This document shows positions 1-8,098 of a stretch of 64,000 nt of DNA, piece by piece (within the stretch, counting starts at the first letter, position 1; every line of letters starts with the position of its first letter). The DNA comes from a virus, in the IMG/VR virus record IMGVR_UViG_3300012964_000002, positions 1 through 64,000 of that record; one strand, written 5' to 3'. Position numbers and translations under genes: made by a program. The notes under the pieces are model-generated. The model had not been told where the DNA came from. It ran no database searches and saw only the letters and a program-made list of their open reading frames with translations.

Positions 1-32
1 CCGCGCGCGCGGCCGCCACGCCGTCCCTCACG

Positions 33-623
33 CTACACCTCCACGACGCCGGAGACGGGGCGCAGCACCTCGAACGACACGACCAACGGCTCGTCGACGC
101 GGCCGTTCCTGAATTCGACCCACAACTTGGCGACGCCGTGATCTCGCATCGCCTCGCGGAGCATTTTGAGGGCCGCGATCACGTCTTGGGACAGCTGCTC
201 GTGCGTCATCTCCCTGAGTCCTGACGTTCCAGCTGGGATGGCCATTGCAGGTTCCTCCGCGGTCTTGGGTTGGTTTCCCGTCGCGCCGACCGTGGGCACG
301 GAGGGATTCGCGGAGACGGCCGCGAAGCCGGCGTTGATGAGCTGCTGACGAGCCGTCGACCATTTTCGCGAGATGCGGGCGCACGGGACTCCGACGGCGC
401 GCGCGAGGGCCGCCGCCTTGTCGTGCGCGTCGTGCCCCATGATCTCGTAGAGGATCACCACGGAGTCGGCGTCGTGCGGCAGCACGCCGTTCACGTAGGA
501 GCGGGACCTTCCGGCCTCCCAGTGGCCGACGAGCTCCACGCCGAAGTCGCGTCGCAGCTTCTGAGCGATCTCCCGGGCGAGGTCCGCCGGCCCGCCCACG
601 AGCAGCGCCTTGTGGGGCGTCAC
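33..623 (-). CDS. DUF2325-like protein
   Basis: ALLVGG...ADSVVILYEIMGHD...AVGVPC pattern resembles DUF2325; GTG start overlaps the upstream stop. Confidence 0.55.
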   Translation of the reverse strand: MTPHKALLVGGPADLAREIAQKLRRDFGVELVGHWEAGRSRSYVNGVLPHDADSVVILYEIMGHDAHDKAAALARAVGVPCARISRKWSTARQQLINAGFAAVSANPSVPTVGATGNQPKTAEEPAMAIPAGTSGLREMTHEQLSQDVIAALKMLREAMRDHGVAKLWVEFRNGRVDEPLVVSFEVLRPVSGVVEV

Positions 624-919
624 GGCGCGCTCCTCTCGTAGCAGACCACCTTCGTCCGCGGAGGAACCCACGACGGGCCGCGTCCCCGGAGCGGGTCTCC
701 TCTGGCGCGCTCCCGCGCGTCGAGGATCGTCACCTCGAGCTGCCTGGTCACGCGGGCGGGGGCCGCCTCCGTGGCGGGGGGTTCTCCCGCCGCCCGGACG
801 GCGTGCGCGACGGCTCCCAGCGCCAAGAGAGACGCGCTCGCCGCGCCGGCGAGGAACCACAGAACCCGGGAGGGTTGCTCCGGCCCGGGCAGGTCCGGGT
901 ACGTCTCCCGGCGCGTCAC
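620..919 (-). CDS. hypothetical membrane protein
   Basis: Hydrophobic stretch VLWFLAGAASASLLALGAVA; 4-bp overlaps at both ends. Confidence 0.55.
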   Translation of the reverse strand: MTRRETYPDLPGPEQPSRVLWFLAGAASASLLALGAVAHAVRAAGEPPATEAAPARVTRQLEVTILDARERARGDPLRGRGPSWVPPRTKVVCYERSAP

Positions 920-1479
920 GGCGCCTCCGGAGGCGGGGGCGGCGGGAGATCCGCGGGCGAGGACGCCGGAACGGGGGCGGGCGGCTCGCCCGCCGGGCGC
1001 TCCCGAGCGGGAGGAGCCGGGGGGGTCTTCCGGCAAGGGGGCGGCCCGGCGCGAGGCTCTGCGGGCCTCCCAGGAGGTCGCCCGGGGGCCGGGCGGGACC
1101 TCCGACCCTTCCGGGGGCCGCCGGACCCGACTCGGAGGATCGAGGGGGCCGTCTTAGCCCAGGCGCGGAGGAGGTCCAGGCCGAGGTCCATTCGAACGGC
1201 CATCAGCGGGGGGCGGTTGTCCAGCTTGCAGAAGACGACGACGGGACGCCCGTCCGTTGCCGTCTCACCCTGCTCGAGCGCGGCGAACGGGTTCGCCTTG
1301 GACGTGGACGCCGCGTGCTTGCACTCCACCCAGAACGGCGTCCCCTCAACGTCCGTGACCTCCCCGCCGTCGCGGCTCTGGATGCCGCGCTTCACGAGTC
1401 CGCCGAAGATCGGACGCAGCACGCAGGCGACCTTCTGCTCCCACTTCTTGCCCTTCTCCCTGCTCCGCTTTCCCATCAC
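916..1479 (-). CDS. Holliday junction resolvase (PD-(D/E)XK, Hjc-like) with Pro-rich tail
   Basis: N-terminal SREKGKKWEQKVA, TDV...WVECK nuclease motif, RPVVVFC. Confidence 0.75.
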   Translation of the reverse strand: MMGKRSREKGKKWEQKVACVLRPIFGGLVKRGIQSRDGGEVTDVEGTPFWVECKHAASTSKANPFAALEQGETATDGRPVVVFCKLDNRPPLMAVRMDLGLDLLRAWAKTAPSILRVGSGGPRKGRRSRPAPGRPPGRPAEPRAGPPPCRKTPPAPPARERPAGEPPAPVPASSPADLPPPPPPEAP

Positions 1480-1760
1480 TCGCCTCCTCGATCAGTGAAG
1501 TGCTCCAGCCCGGCCATCGTTGTTCCGAGCTGGACCATCGACATCATCGCCCCGACCTCCTCCTCCGTGAACAGCGGCGAGCCGCAGTACCGACACGGCG
1601 CCTCCAGGCCGTCCGAGATCGGGATGTTCTTCGCGCACTTCCCGCACACGATGTCGGCCTCCAGCCAGAAGAAGGCGACGCGCGGGTCCAGCCGCCTGAA
1701 CTTGGCGGCGCTCCCGCCGCGCTCCGGGTAGAACCGGAGGCGCGCGCCGCTCGCGCTCAC
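1476..1760 (-). CDS. zinc-ribbon hypothetical protein
   Basis: CGKC...CRYC; translationally coupled overlaps. Confidence 0.55.
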   Translation of the reverse strand: MSASGARLRFYPERGGSAAKFRRLDPRVAFFWLEADIVCGKCAKNIPISDGLEAPCRYCGSPLFTEEEVGAMMSMVQLGTTMAGLEHFTDRGGE

Positions 1761-2092
1761 GAGTCGCGCTCCTGGACGAAGTCGCTGTCCTGCGGCGTGG
1801 CGAGCAGCGCCGCCGCGTCTCCGGCCGCGCGCATCTTCCCGCGTTCGGCGCCGGCGAGCGCGAGCCAGGTGTCCGGCCGCGGGTGGTGGATGCTCGGGTA
1901 CGCGGTGTCGTTCGGGTCTTGGAACTCGCGGCCGCAGATCGGGCAGCACTTCGCCGTCAGCTTCACGTAGAACGCGCGCTTGCCGTGATGACCCTCGACC
2001 TCCTTCAGCTTGTACCAGCCCGGACCCTTCGTCGCGGCGTCGCACCATCGGATCTTGTGCTCCATCCAGAGCACGGTCGGGTCACACGGCAC
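1757..2092 (-). CDS. hypothetical protein (Cys-containing)
   Basis: CPICG; GC3-biased codons; coupled to neighbours. Confidence 0.55.
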   Translation of the reverse strand: MPCDPTVLWMEHKIRWCDAATKGPGWYKLKEVEGHHGKRAFYVKLTAKCCPICGREFQDPNDTAYPSIHHPRPDTWLALAGAERGKMRAAGDAAALLATPQDSDFVQERDS

Positions 2093-2327
2093 GGCGCACC
2101 TCCTCCGTCTCCGGTCTTGCCTCCGGAGCCTCAGGGTTGGAGAGGCGGACCCGGAAGGATCCGCGCTGACGGTCCGCCTCCACGTCGAGCACGGCGCCGT
2201 GCGGGCGGCCGGCGGAGAGCCAGATCCGCCACGCCTCCTGCACGGCGTCATCGCCGTGCCACTCGAGGCCGGAGGCGACGACCTCGGCGCGCTCCCAAGC
2301 GTCGAACACCTCGACGCGCGTGGTCAC
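2082..2327 (-). CDS. hypothetical protein
   Basis: GTGA overlap with upstream gene; plausible composition. Confidence 0.5.
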   Translation of the reverse strand: MTTRVEVFDAWERAEVVASGLEWHGDDAVQEAWRIWLSAGRPHGAVLDVEADRQRGSFRVRLSNPEAPEARPETEEVRRAV

Positions 2328-2890
2328 AAGTCCCTCGGCAGGTTCTGCGGCGCATCGTAGTTGGAAGACAACCGCCCGCTCCGCGTGCCCTCGAGCCGCA
2401 TCGGCGACGGGCTCTCCGCCAGCATCTTCGCGGAGAGGATCGCGCGCTGCGCCGCCGCGTTCCCCTTCGCCTTCCTGAGCGCCCCGACCGCGCCCGCCGG
2501 GACGGCCACGACCCACCCCCGCACCCACAGGGAGCCGTTGGGTCCGCGCCGCACGCGCACGCCGGCCGCGGCGCAGTCCGCCACCGCGGAGGAGCCGGGG
2601 GCGACGTTCACCCAACCGGCCTCCCGCAGCTTCTTGATCCGCTCGTGCGGCGTCAGCTTCCGGCGCGCCGCGCGTCCGGCGACGTTCTCGACCTCGCGTT
2701 GGGACGAGATCCGCGGGAAGGAGTCGTCAACCGTCCGCCGCAGCTTGCGGATCGCCGCCGCGAGACGCGCCCGCGCGTTCCGCCGCGCGAGCCGTCCTTG
2801 CTCTGGATGCAGCTTCCGCGCGGCGCGCTCCAGCTCCCGGAGAGCCGCGCGAAGAACGATCTCCTGCTCCGTCACGATTCTGGCCGTCAT
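2324..2890 (-). CDS. basic hypothetical protein ending in a PolA-like GTRSGRLSS...QNLP motif
   Basis: GAGGAG RBS and ATG; C-terminus resembles PolA TGRLSSxxPNLQNIP. Confidence 0.6.
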   Translation of the reverse strand: MTARIVTEQEIVLRAALRELERAARKLHPEQGRLARRNARARLAAAIRKLRRTVDDSFPRISSQREVENVAGRAARRKLTPHERIKKLREAGWVNVAPGSSAVADCAAAGVRVRRGPNGSLWVRGWVVAVPAGAVGALRKAKGNAAAQRAILSAKMLAESPSPMRLEGTRSGRLSSNYDAPQNLPRDL

Positions 2891-2900
2891 GGCTGTCTCC

Positions 2901-3272
2901 TCAGAACGAGAATCTGAGCCCGCCGAGAACCACCGCGTTGGATGTCACGGCGCTGATCTCCACCACGATGGTCGCGTGCTGCCACCAGCGCCGCCACGGG
3001 TTCGGGAGGAGGAGCGACGCCGCGGCGTGCCCCACCACCGCGCCGGTCACCATCGCGTCGAGCCTGGCCTGTGACGGGTGCGGTCCGATCACGGGGTTCT
3101 GCTCGGCGGCACCGCGCTTCAGCGACCAGCGTGTCTGCTGCCAGTCCAGGAACACCAGCCCGACGAACGCCGCCTCCCGCGCCGTGTCCGCCGTGGTCCA
3201 CTCCTCCGCCGTTGCCGGGAACGGCGGGATCAGCAGCGTCGCCACCGTCAGAAGTAGGATCGTCGATCTCAC
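2901..3272 (-). CDS. exported/membrane protein, DUF5658-like
   Basis: Signal peptide (ILLLTVATLLIPPFPATA), DWQQT...GAAEQNP motif, terminal Phe. Confidence 0.55.
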   Translation of the reverse strand: MRSTILLLTVATLLIPPFPATAEEWTTADTAREAAFVGLVFLDWQQTRWSLKRGAAEQNPVIGPHPSQARLDAMVTGAVVGHAAASLLLPNPWRRWWQHATIVVEISAVTSNAVVLGGLRFSF

Positions 3273-3556
3273 GACCGCCCCCTCTCCGCGCGCCGGAGCG
3301 GCGCGCACGTCGAGCACACCTTCATGCCGTCGATTTCCTCGTCCGCCGAAGCCTTGTGGCAGCGTCCGCACATCGCCACCACCGGGAGCGGCGTCGGCGT
3401 CGTCCTCGCCGCCTCGACCGCGCGCTGGCAGCGGTCCGCGAGGCGCTGGAGGAACCGCGCGTGGCCCTTGTCGTCCTGCGCGTAGTTGTTCGCCTCGCGG
3501 GAGAGGGCCCAGCCCGCGTCGTTCAGGAGGGTGACGATGTGCTTGGGAACGGTCAT
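3269..3556 (-). CDS. hypothetical protein with C-terminal zinc finger
   Basis: CGRC...CSTC; GAGG RBS. Confidence 0.55.
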   Translation of the reverse strand: MTVPKHIVTLLNDAGWALSREANNYAQDDKGHARFLQRLADRCQRAVEAARTTPTPLPVVAMCGRCHKASADEEIDGMKVCSTCAPLRRAERGRS

Positions 3557-3567
3557 GACGATGATCC

Positions 3568-4941
3568 TCAGTCGTCCATCTCGAGCTGCTCGCCCCAGGA
3601 GCACGGGGCCCTGCGGTGCTTCCCGACCAGCAGCCAGATGACCCGGATCCCGACCGGCGGCCCCGCCGGGCAGGCGCCGTCGCCGTCCGTCACGAAGATG
3701 ATGACCTGCGGGCGCGGCTTGCGCGCGGAGGCCATCTCGAAGGCGGGCCGGAAGTCGGTGCCGCCTCCGCCCTTGAGCAGCGGGAGGATCTCCTGCCACG
3801 TCTTCACCGTCTTGACCTCGTGGACCGCCGCGTCGGCCGCGGCGAACGTGACGCGCGCGGAGGTGCGGTTCAGCACCCCCTTGATCTCACGCAGCCCCGC
3901 CGTGAGCTCGGAGGTCCCCATCGAGCCGGAGGTGTCGACCACGCACATCACGTCGGGCTTCGGCGCGACGAGCGCGGGGAGGACCGGGCGCCCGGGGCCG
4001 AACCCGACCCCGCCCTGGCGGCGGGACGGCGCCCGGTACTGGTAGTCGACCGCGCCGGACGCCCACTCGACGGCGCCGCGCGCGATCTTCGCCAGCTTCG
4101 TCTGCCACGGGATCTTCGGGGCCGCGAGCTGCGTCTCCGCCCAGCGCATCCAGCCGCCCGGCATGCTCCCGCGTCCCTTCGACGCCTCCGCCTTGATGGC
4201 CTCCGCGACGTCGCGGCGCACGCGCTCCAGCTCCGCCTGCGTGCGCCCCTTCCCGTCCGCCTCGGGCTCGTTCGGGAGCGGGCGGCCGGCCCCGGATCCG
4301 CACCACCCGGCGCCCGGCTTCTCGCCGGAGCCCCGATCCTCTCCCTCGCCATTCCCGCCGCCGTTCTGCGGGTCGTTGCCGCCCTTCCCCTTGCCCTTCC
4401 CGCCGCCGCGCTTCGGCGGCGGCTGCTTCTGCATCCGGTCCCGCAGGGCCTCCCAGTACGACTCGGCCATCTGGCCGTCCGGCATCCCGCCCGGCTCGTC
4501 GAAGATCCGGAACAGCGTCTTCGGGAAGACGGGCACGAACGGCCCGCCGGTCACGCCGACCTTGGGAAACTCCCAGACTCGCCCGTCGTCCGGGATGTCG
4601 TCGTTGATCTCGGCGTCCGCGGCGTGGTTCCACAGGAGGCGCTCGCCCGGGTCCTTGATGCCGTGGTGCTCGCAGCGCCCTCCGTGGCGGCGGAGGACGT
4701 GCCACGCCTCGTGGAAGAGGGCCGTCGCGCCCTGCTTCACGGTCCAGACGAGGCGGAGGTTCGGGTCGTAGACCATCTTGCCGTCGTCGGTGACGCCCAT
4801 CGTGCCGAGACCCTCCACCTCCCTCGGGACGAGGGAGAGGAGGACGGCCGTCATGCAGGAGGCGTTGCGCCGCGCGTAGAGACGGCAGGCCGCGAGCCAC
4901 TCGCGGCCGGTCTTGTAGGTGGTTGCCGGTGCGGTGCTCAT
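3568..4941 (-). CDS. metallopeptidase-VWA domain protein (DUF2201-like)
   Basis: HEAWH (HExxH), WNHAADAEIN, C-terminal MIDAS DTSGS...GGGGTDF...TDG; adjacent to MoxR. Confidence 0.85.
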   Translation of the reverse strand: MSTAPATTYKTGREWLAACRLYARRNASCMTAVLLSLVPREVEGLGTMGVTDDGKMVYDPNLRLVWTVKQGATALFHEAWHVLRRHGGRCEHHGIKDPGERLLWNHAADAEINDDIPDDGRVWEFPKVGVTGGPFVPVFPKTLFRIFDEPGGMPDGQMAESYWEALRDRMQKQPPPKRGGGKGKGKGGNDPQNGGGNGEGEDRGSGEKPGAGWCGSGAGRPLPNEPEADGKGRTQAELERVRRDVAEAIKAEASKGRGSMPGGWMRWAETQLAAPKIPWQTKLAKIARGAVEWASGAVDYQYRAPSRRQGGVGFGPGRPVLPALVAPKPDVMCVVDTSGSMGTSELTAGLREIKGVLNRTSARVTFAAADAAVHEVKTVKTWQEILPLLKGGGGTDFRPAFEMASARKPRPQVIIFVTDGDGACPAGPPVGIRVIWLLVGKHRRAPCSWGEQLEMDD

Positions 4942-4945
4942 CGCG

Positions 4946-6106
4946 CTACCCCTGCCGTCCGGAGCGGAGGACCGGGAACAGCTTGGCGAGCACCGGGATG
5001 GCCTCCTTGGTGGTGTGCAGCTTCGCGTCGACCAGGGCAGTCGCGGCCGGCTCCGTGATGTCCGGGGTGGTCTTGGCGACCTCGCCGACGATGCCCCAGA
5101 GGCGCGCCGTCCGGTCCTTGCGGCGCTCCGCCTGCGCGGGGGAGACGAGCGCGGCGCAGGCGCCGAGGACGGCCACCGTGCGGTCCAGGCGGTCCGGGTC
5201 GTGCTCGAAGCTGACCTTGCCGTCGAGGACGGCCACCGGGTCCGGGAGGTTCGCCTTGGCGAGCCAGTCGGCGTACTGCGACGCGGCCGCCTGCCCGACG
5301 AACGCGGCGAGGAGGAGGTCCGTGTCGTCCTCGGAGAGCCCGTGGACGACGGCGCCGGCGAGAGCGCGCAGGCCCAGCTCCCAGGAGCGCGGGGACGGCC
5401 AGGCGCGGCCGCGGGCGGGGTCGCCGTCCGGCGGCTGCTTGTAGAGCAGGGACGGGTACGCGCGGAGGAACGCCGTGACGCGCCCGCTAGCGACCGCGAG
5501 CGCCTCGGGCCACGCCTTCATGACGCGCGCCTCCTCCTTCGCCGCGTCGAGCGGCTCCTCGTCGGCCGCGCCGCCGTTGCAGCCGGAGAGCGCCCAGGAG
5601 GTCCACTCCTCGACGCTGGGGGCCGGCCACTCGAGGTGGCCCATCCGGTTCGCCTCCGCCGGGTCCATCTCGTACACGCCGGGCGCCGTCTCGACCGGGT
5701 TCGCGGCCGCGACGACCCGGACGTGCCCGCCCAGGTAGGAGGAGCCGATCTGCAGCTCGTTCACGAGGCCGAGGAGCGGGGGCTGGATGGCGGGCGCCGC
5801 GCGGTTGATCTCGTCCACGAAGACGATACCGCGCGTCCCGTCCTTGAAGTGCTCGATCCAGTCGGGCGGCGGGTAGAGGAGGCGCGAGCCGTCCGGCGTG
5901 GGCATCGGGACGACGCCGAACGCACCCTCCCCGCGGGAGCCTGGGGAGAGGGTCTCGACGTGCGCGAAGCCGAACTCCGCGGCCGCGTGCTCGATGACCG
6001 TGGTCTTGCCGACGCCCGGGCCCTGCCACCAGCACACCGGGAGTCCCCAGCGACCGCGACGACCGGGGGTGAACCAGAGGGCCTTGAGGATCTGCTTGGT
6101 GCTCAT
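4946..6106 (-). CDS. MoxR-family AAA+ ATPase
   Basis: Walker A GPGVGKT, Walker B FVDEINRA, AAANP sensor, PSPRSW. Confidence 0.88.
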   Translation of the reverse strand: MSTKQILKALWFTPGRRGRWGLPVCWWQGPGVGKTTVIEHAAAEFGFAHVETLSPGSRGEGAFGVVPMPTPDGSRLLYPPPDWIEHFKDGTRGIVFVDEINRAAPAIQPPLLGLVNELQIGSSYLGGHVRVVAAANPVETAPGVYEMDPAEANRMGHLEWPAPSVEEWTSWALSGCNGGAADEEPLDAAKEEARVMKAWPEALAVASGRVTAFLRAYPSLLYKQPPDGDPARGRAWPSPRSWELGLRALAGAVVHGLSEDDTDLLLAAFVGQAAASQYADWLAKANLPDPVAVLDGKVSFEHDPDRLDRTVAVLGACAALVSPAQAERRKDRTARLWGIVGEVAKTTPDITEPAATALVDAKLHTTKEAIPVLAKLFPVLRSGRQG

Positions 6107-6146
6107 GTGCGCTGCTCCTGTTGGGTTGGTGCTGCGTGGGTGAGAC

Positions 6147-6452
6147 TTACCGCGACTGCCTGATCTTTCCGTGGATCTCCGCGTACTCGCTCGCGACCTC
6201 GTGGTACAGCTGCGCCGTCTCCGGAGTCAGCGCGCTCGCCCAGGCGTGGAGCGCCTGGCCGTAGCGTTGCAGGATCTCCAGGGACGTCATCTTCGCCGCC
6301 GCCGCGCGGAGGAGCGCGCGCTGCTCGATGGTCATGCCGGGCGCGGCGGCGCACGCCTCGTGGACGACCTCTCCGCTCCGGAAGACGACCGGCGTGCGGT
6401 CGTAGTCGTCGGACGGGAGAGGCTCGCGGCAGATGTGGCAGGTGTCGGTCAT
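6147..6452 (-). CDS. hypothetical protein with N-terminal zinc finger
   Basis: CHIC...HEAC; AAGGAGGAG RBS. Confidence 0.6.
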   Translation of the reverse strand: MTDTCHICREPLPSDDYDRTPVVFRSGEVVHEACAAAPGMTIEQRALLRAAAAKMTSLEILQRYGQALHAWASALTPETAQLYHEVASEYAEIHGKIRQSR

Positions 6453-6466
6453 GTCAGTCTCCTCCT

Positions 6467-7030
6467 TCAGTGCGCCATGCCCGTTTCCCAGCACGACCCC
6501 TCGCCGGCGGTCACCCAGTCGCCGCACTCCTCACACTCGTAGCGCGTGCCGGGGCGGCGCTCGCCGTCATGCTCGCGCTGGTAGCGGTACTCCTCCGCGA
6601 GCCGGTCGAGCTTCGCGATCGAGAGCGGCTCCCGGTAGGTCTTGATGATCTGGACCTCGGGGCCGTCCGCCCAGAAGACCTTGCTTCCGTCGCGGAAGCA
6701 GAGCTTGGCGGCCGGGCCGCGCTTCGTCTCGCCAGACCACAGGAGCAGGTACGTCTTGCCCTTGTACGCGGCCTTCCCCCGGATCACGGCGGCGGACTTG
6801 TCCACGCCCTCCGTGCGCTCGCGCTCGTTCCGCTGCTCGATGGCCGTGTCAGCCGCGCCGATCGCCCCTTCCGCGACCTCACGCTTGGCGGTCCACCACG
6901 CTCGCTGCTCGGGGTCCCAGTGCGCCCCGGCGTTCCGGAGCCGGTCCTTGATCGGGTAGGTGTTCCCGCGCAGGTAGTGGCGGCGGCCCACGGTCTCGAT
7001 CGTCACGCTCGTCGTTGTCTTGATCGTCAT
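6467..7030 (-). CDS. hypothetical protein (DUF5710-like N-terminus, Cys-rich C-terminus)
   Basis: YPIKDRLRNAGAHWDPEQRAWW; CEECG; GAGGAGGAG RBS. Confidence 0.65.
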   Translation of the reverse strand: MTIKTTTSVTIETVGRRHYLRGNTYPIKDRLRNAGAHWDPEQRAWWTAKREVAEGAIGAADTAIEQRNERERTEGVDKSAAVIRGKAAYKGKTYLLLWSGETKRGPAAKLCFRDGSKVFWADGPEVQIIKTYREPLSIAKLDRLAEEYRYQREHDGERRPGTRYECEECGDWVTAGEGSCWETGMAH

Positions 7031-7034
7031 CGCG

Positions 7035-7199
7035 TCACTCCTCCTCGGCGTCTTCGGGCGCCCCGTCCCTGAAGTGGGGCATACGCGCCCCGTAGTGCTC
7101 TGCCTGCTCTGTCGCGTCGCTCGCGTAGGCGCGTGCCTCCTCCTCCGTGAGTCCCTCCTCGAGGGCTCCCTTGTGCGCCTCGAAGTACTCGGCGGTCAT
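7035..7199 (-). CDS. small acidic hypothetical protein, first gene of leftward block
   Basis: ATG downstream of the predicted leftward promoter. Confidence 0.5.
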   Translation of the reverse strand: MTAEYFEAHKGALEEGLTEEEARAYASDATEQAEHYGARMPHFRDGAPEDAEEE

Positions 7200-7248
7200 C
7201 GTCCCGTTCCGGGCCGCCGGTCCGTTCCGGCGCTCGCCCTTCCCCTTC

Positions 7249-7277
7249 CTTATACCGCCGTCCGGAACGGGAGGGAA
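7249..7277 (-). promoter_or_regulatory. putative leftward sigma70-type promoter
   Basis: TTCCCT-N17-TATAAG on minus strand in the divergent intergenic region. Confidence 0.5.
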
Positions 7278-7335
7278 GGGAGAAACGGGCGGGACGGGAG
7301 TAATACCCCCAAAGGGGTACAACGGGAGGGACGGG
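7266..7335. repeat. three 15-bp direct repeats AACGGG(A/C)GGGA(A/C)GGG around a TACCCC-N4-GGGGTA inverted repeat
   Basis: Copies at 7266-7280, 7284-7298, 7321-7335; inverted repeat 7304-7319. Confidence 0.8.
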
Positions 7336-7377
7336 CGGAACGGCCGTCACGGGGGGCTAGCGCCGGGACGGAGGTTC

Positions 7378-7398
7378 GTAGTAGTAGTAGTAGTAGTA
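7378..7398. repeat. (GTA)7 microsatellite
   Basis: Directly visible perfect trinucleotide tract. Confidence 0.95.
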
Positions 7399-7455
7399 GA
7401 GAAGGAGCCCCGTCGCGCGGCCATCCCGGCCCGGGGGCGAACAGGAGCAGCGCAC

Positions 7456-7962
7456 ATGGCCATCAAGACCAGCACGCAGCAGCAGCCGAAGCAGTCGTCC
7501 CTCGCCGCCGCCGCCGCGACCGCCGCGCCGTCGAAGCCGGAGGCCGCGAAGATCCCGCCCGCCAAGAAGGCGGCGATCAAGATCGCGAACGTCATCGTCC
7601 GCGCCGTCGGCCTGGAGGGCCGCTTCGGCGGCTACACGGAGGAGATGAAGACGGCGCTCCAGAACGCCCGGAAGTGGCTGGAGACGGCGAAGGGCCTCGC
7701 GGAGAAGCTGCCCGCCGACTTCCGCCCGGCGAAGCGGTCCGGCGGCGGCGCGGTGACCCTCGCGGTGGGCTCGAAGGTGACGCTGCGCGAGAAGCGCCGC
7801 GAGACCTACGCGGGCCTGCTCTCCGCGGAGGAGCAGAAGGCGGGCGTCGAGGTGGTCTCCCTCCACGGCCCGATGGTCGCCCTGAAGACCGAGAAGGGCA
7901 ACGTGTTCATCCCGAAGGCGCACCTCAAGATCGCCGGCGCGGACGCCCCCGCCTCGGCGTAG
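7456..7962 (+). CDS. Lys/Ala-rich protein with SH3/KOW-like C-terminus
   Basis: AGGAG RBS; strong codon bias; LAVGSKVTLR...VFIPKAHL beta-barrel pattern. Confidence 0.7.
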   Translation: MAIKTSTQQQPKQSSLAAAAATAAPSKPEAAKIPPAKKAAIKIANVIVRAVGLEGRFGGYTEEMKTALQNARKWLETAKGLAEKLPADFRPAKRSGGGAVTLAVGSKVTLREKRRETYAGLLSAEEQKAGVEVVSLHGPMVALKTEKGNVFIPKAHLKIAGADAPASA

Positions 7963-8098
7963 GCGGGAGGACGGGGCGGGAAGGAGAGGCGGCCCCGCGC
8001 CGCTTCCCCCTCCCGCCCCCGCCGCCCCGGGGCGCGAGCACGACTCGCGCCTCGCGGCGACGGGCATCCCGCCCGCTCAGAAGGAGGAGGTCACGCAC

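Noticed and set aside
916-1150. Extreme-GC stretch as a separate regulatory element
   Set aside because: It lies in frame as the Pro-rich tail of the resolvase ORF, whose stop is coupled to the next start; no clear repeat unit
7266-7335. Possible mini CRISPR array
   Set aside because: Repeats are only 15 bp with 3-bp and 22-bp gaps; no cas genes seen
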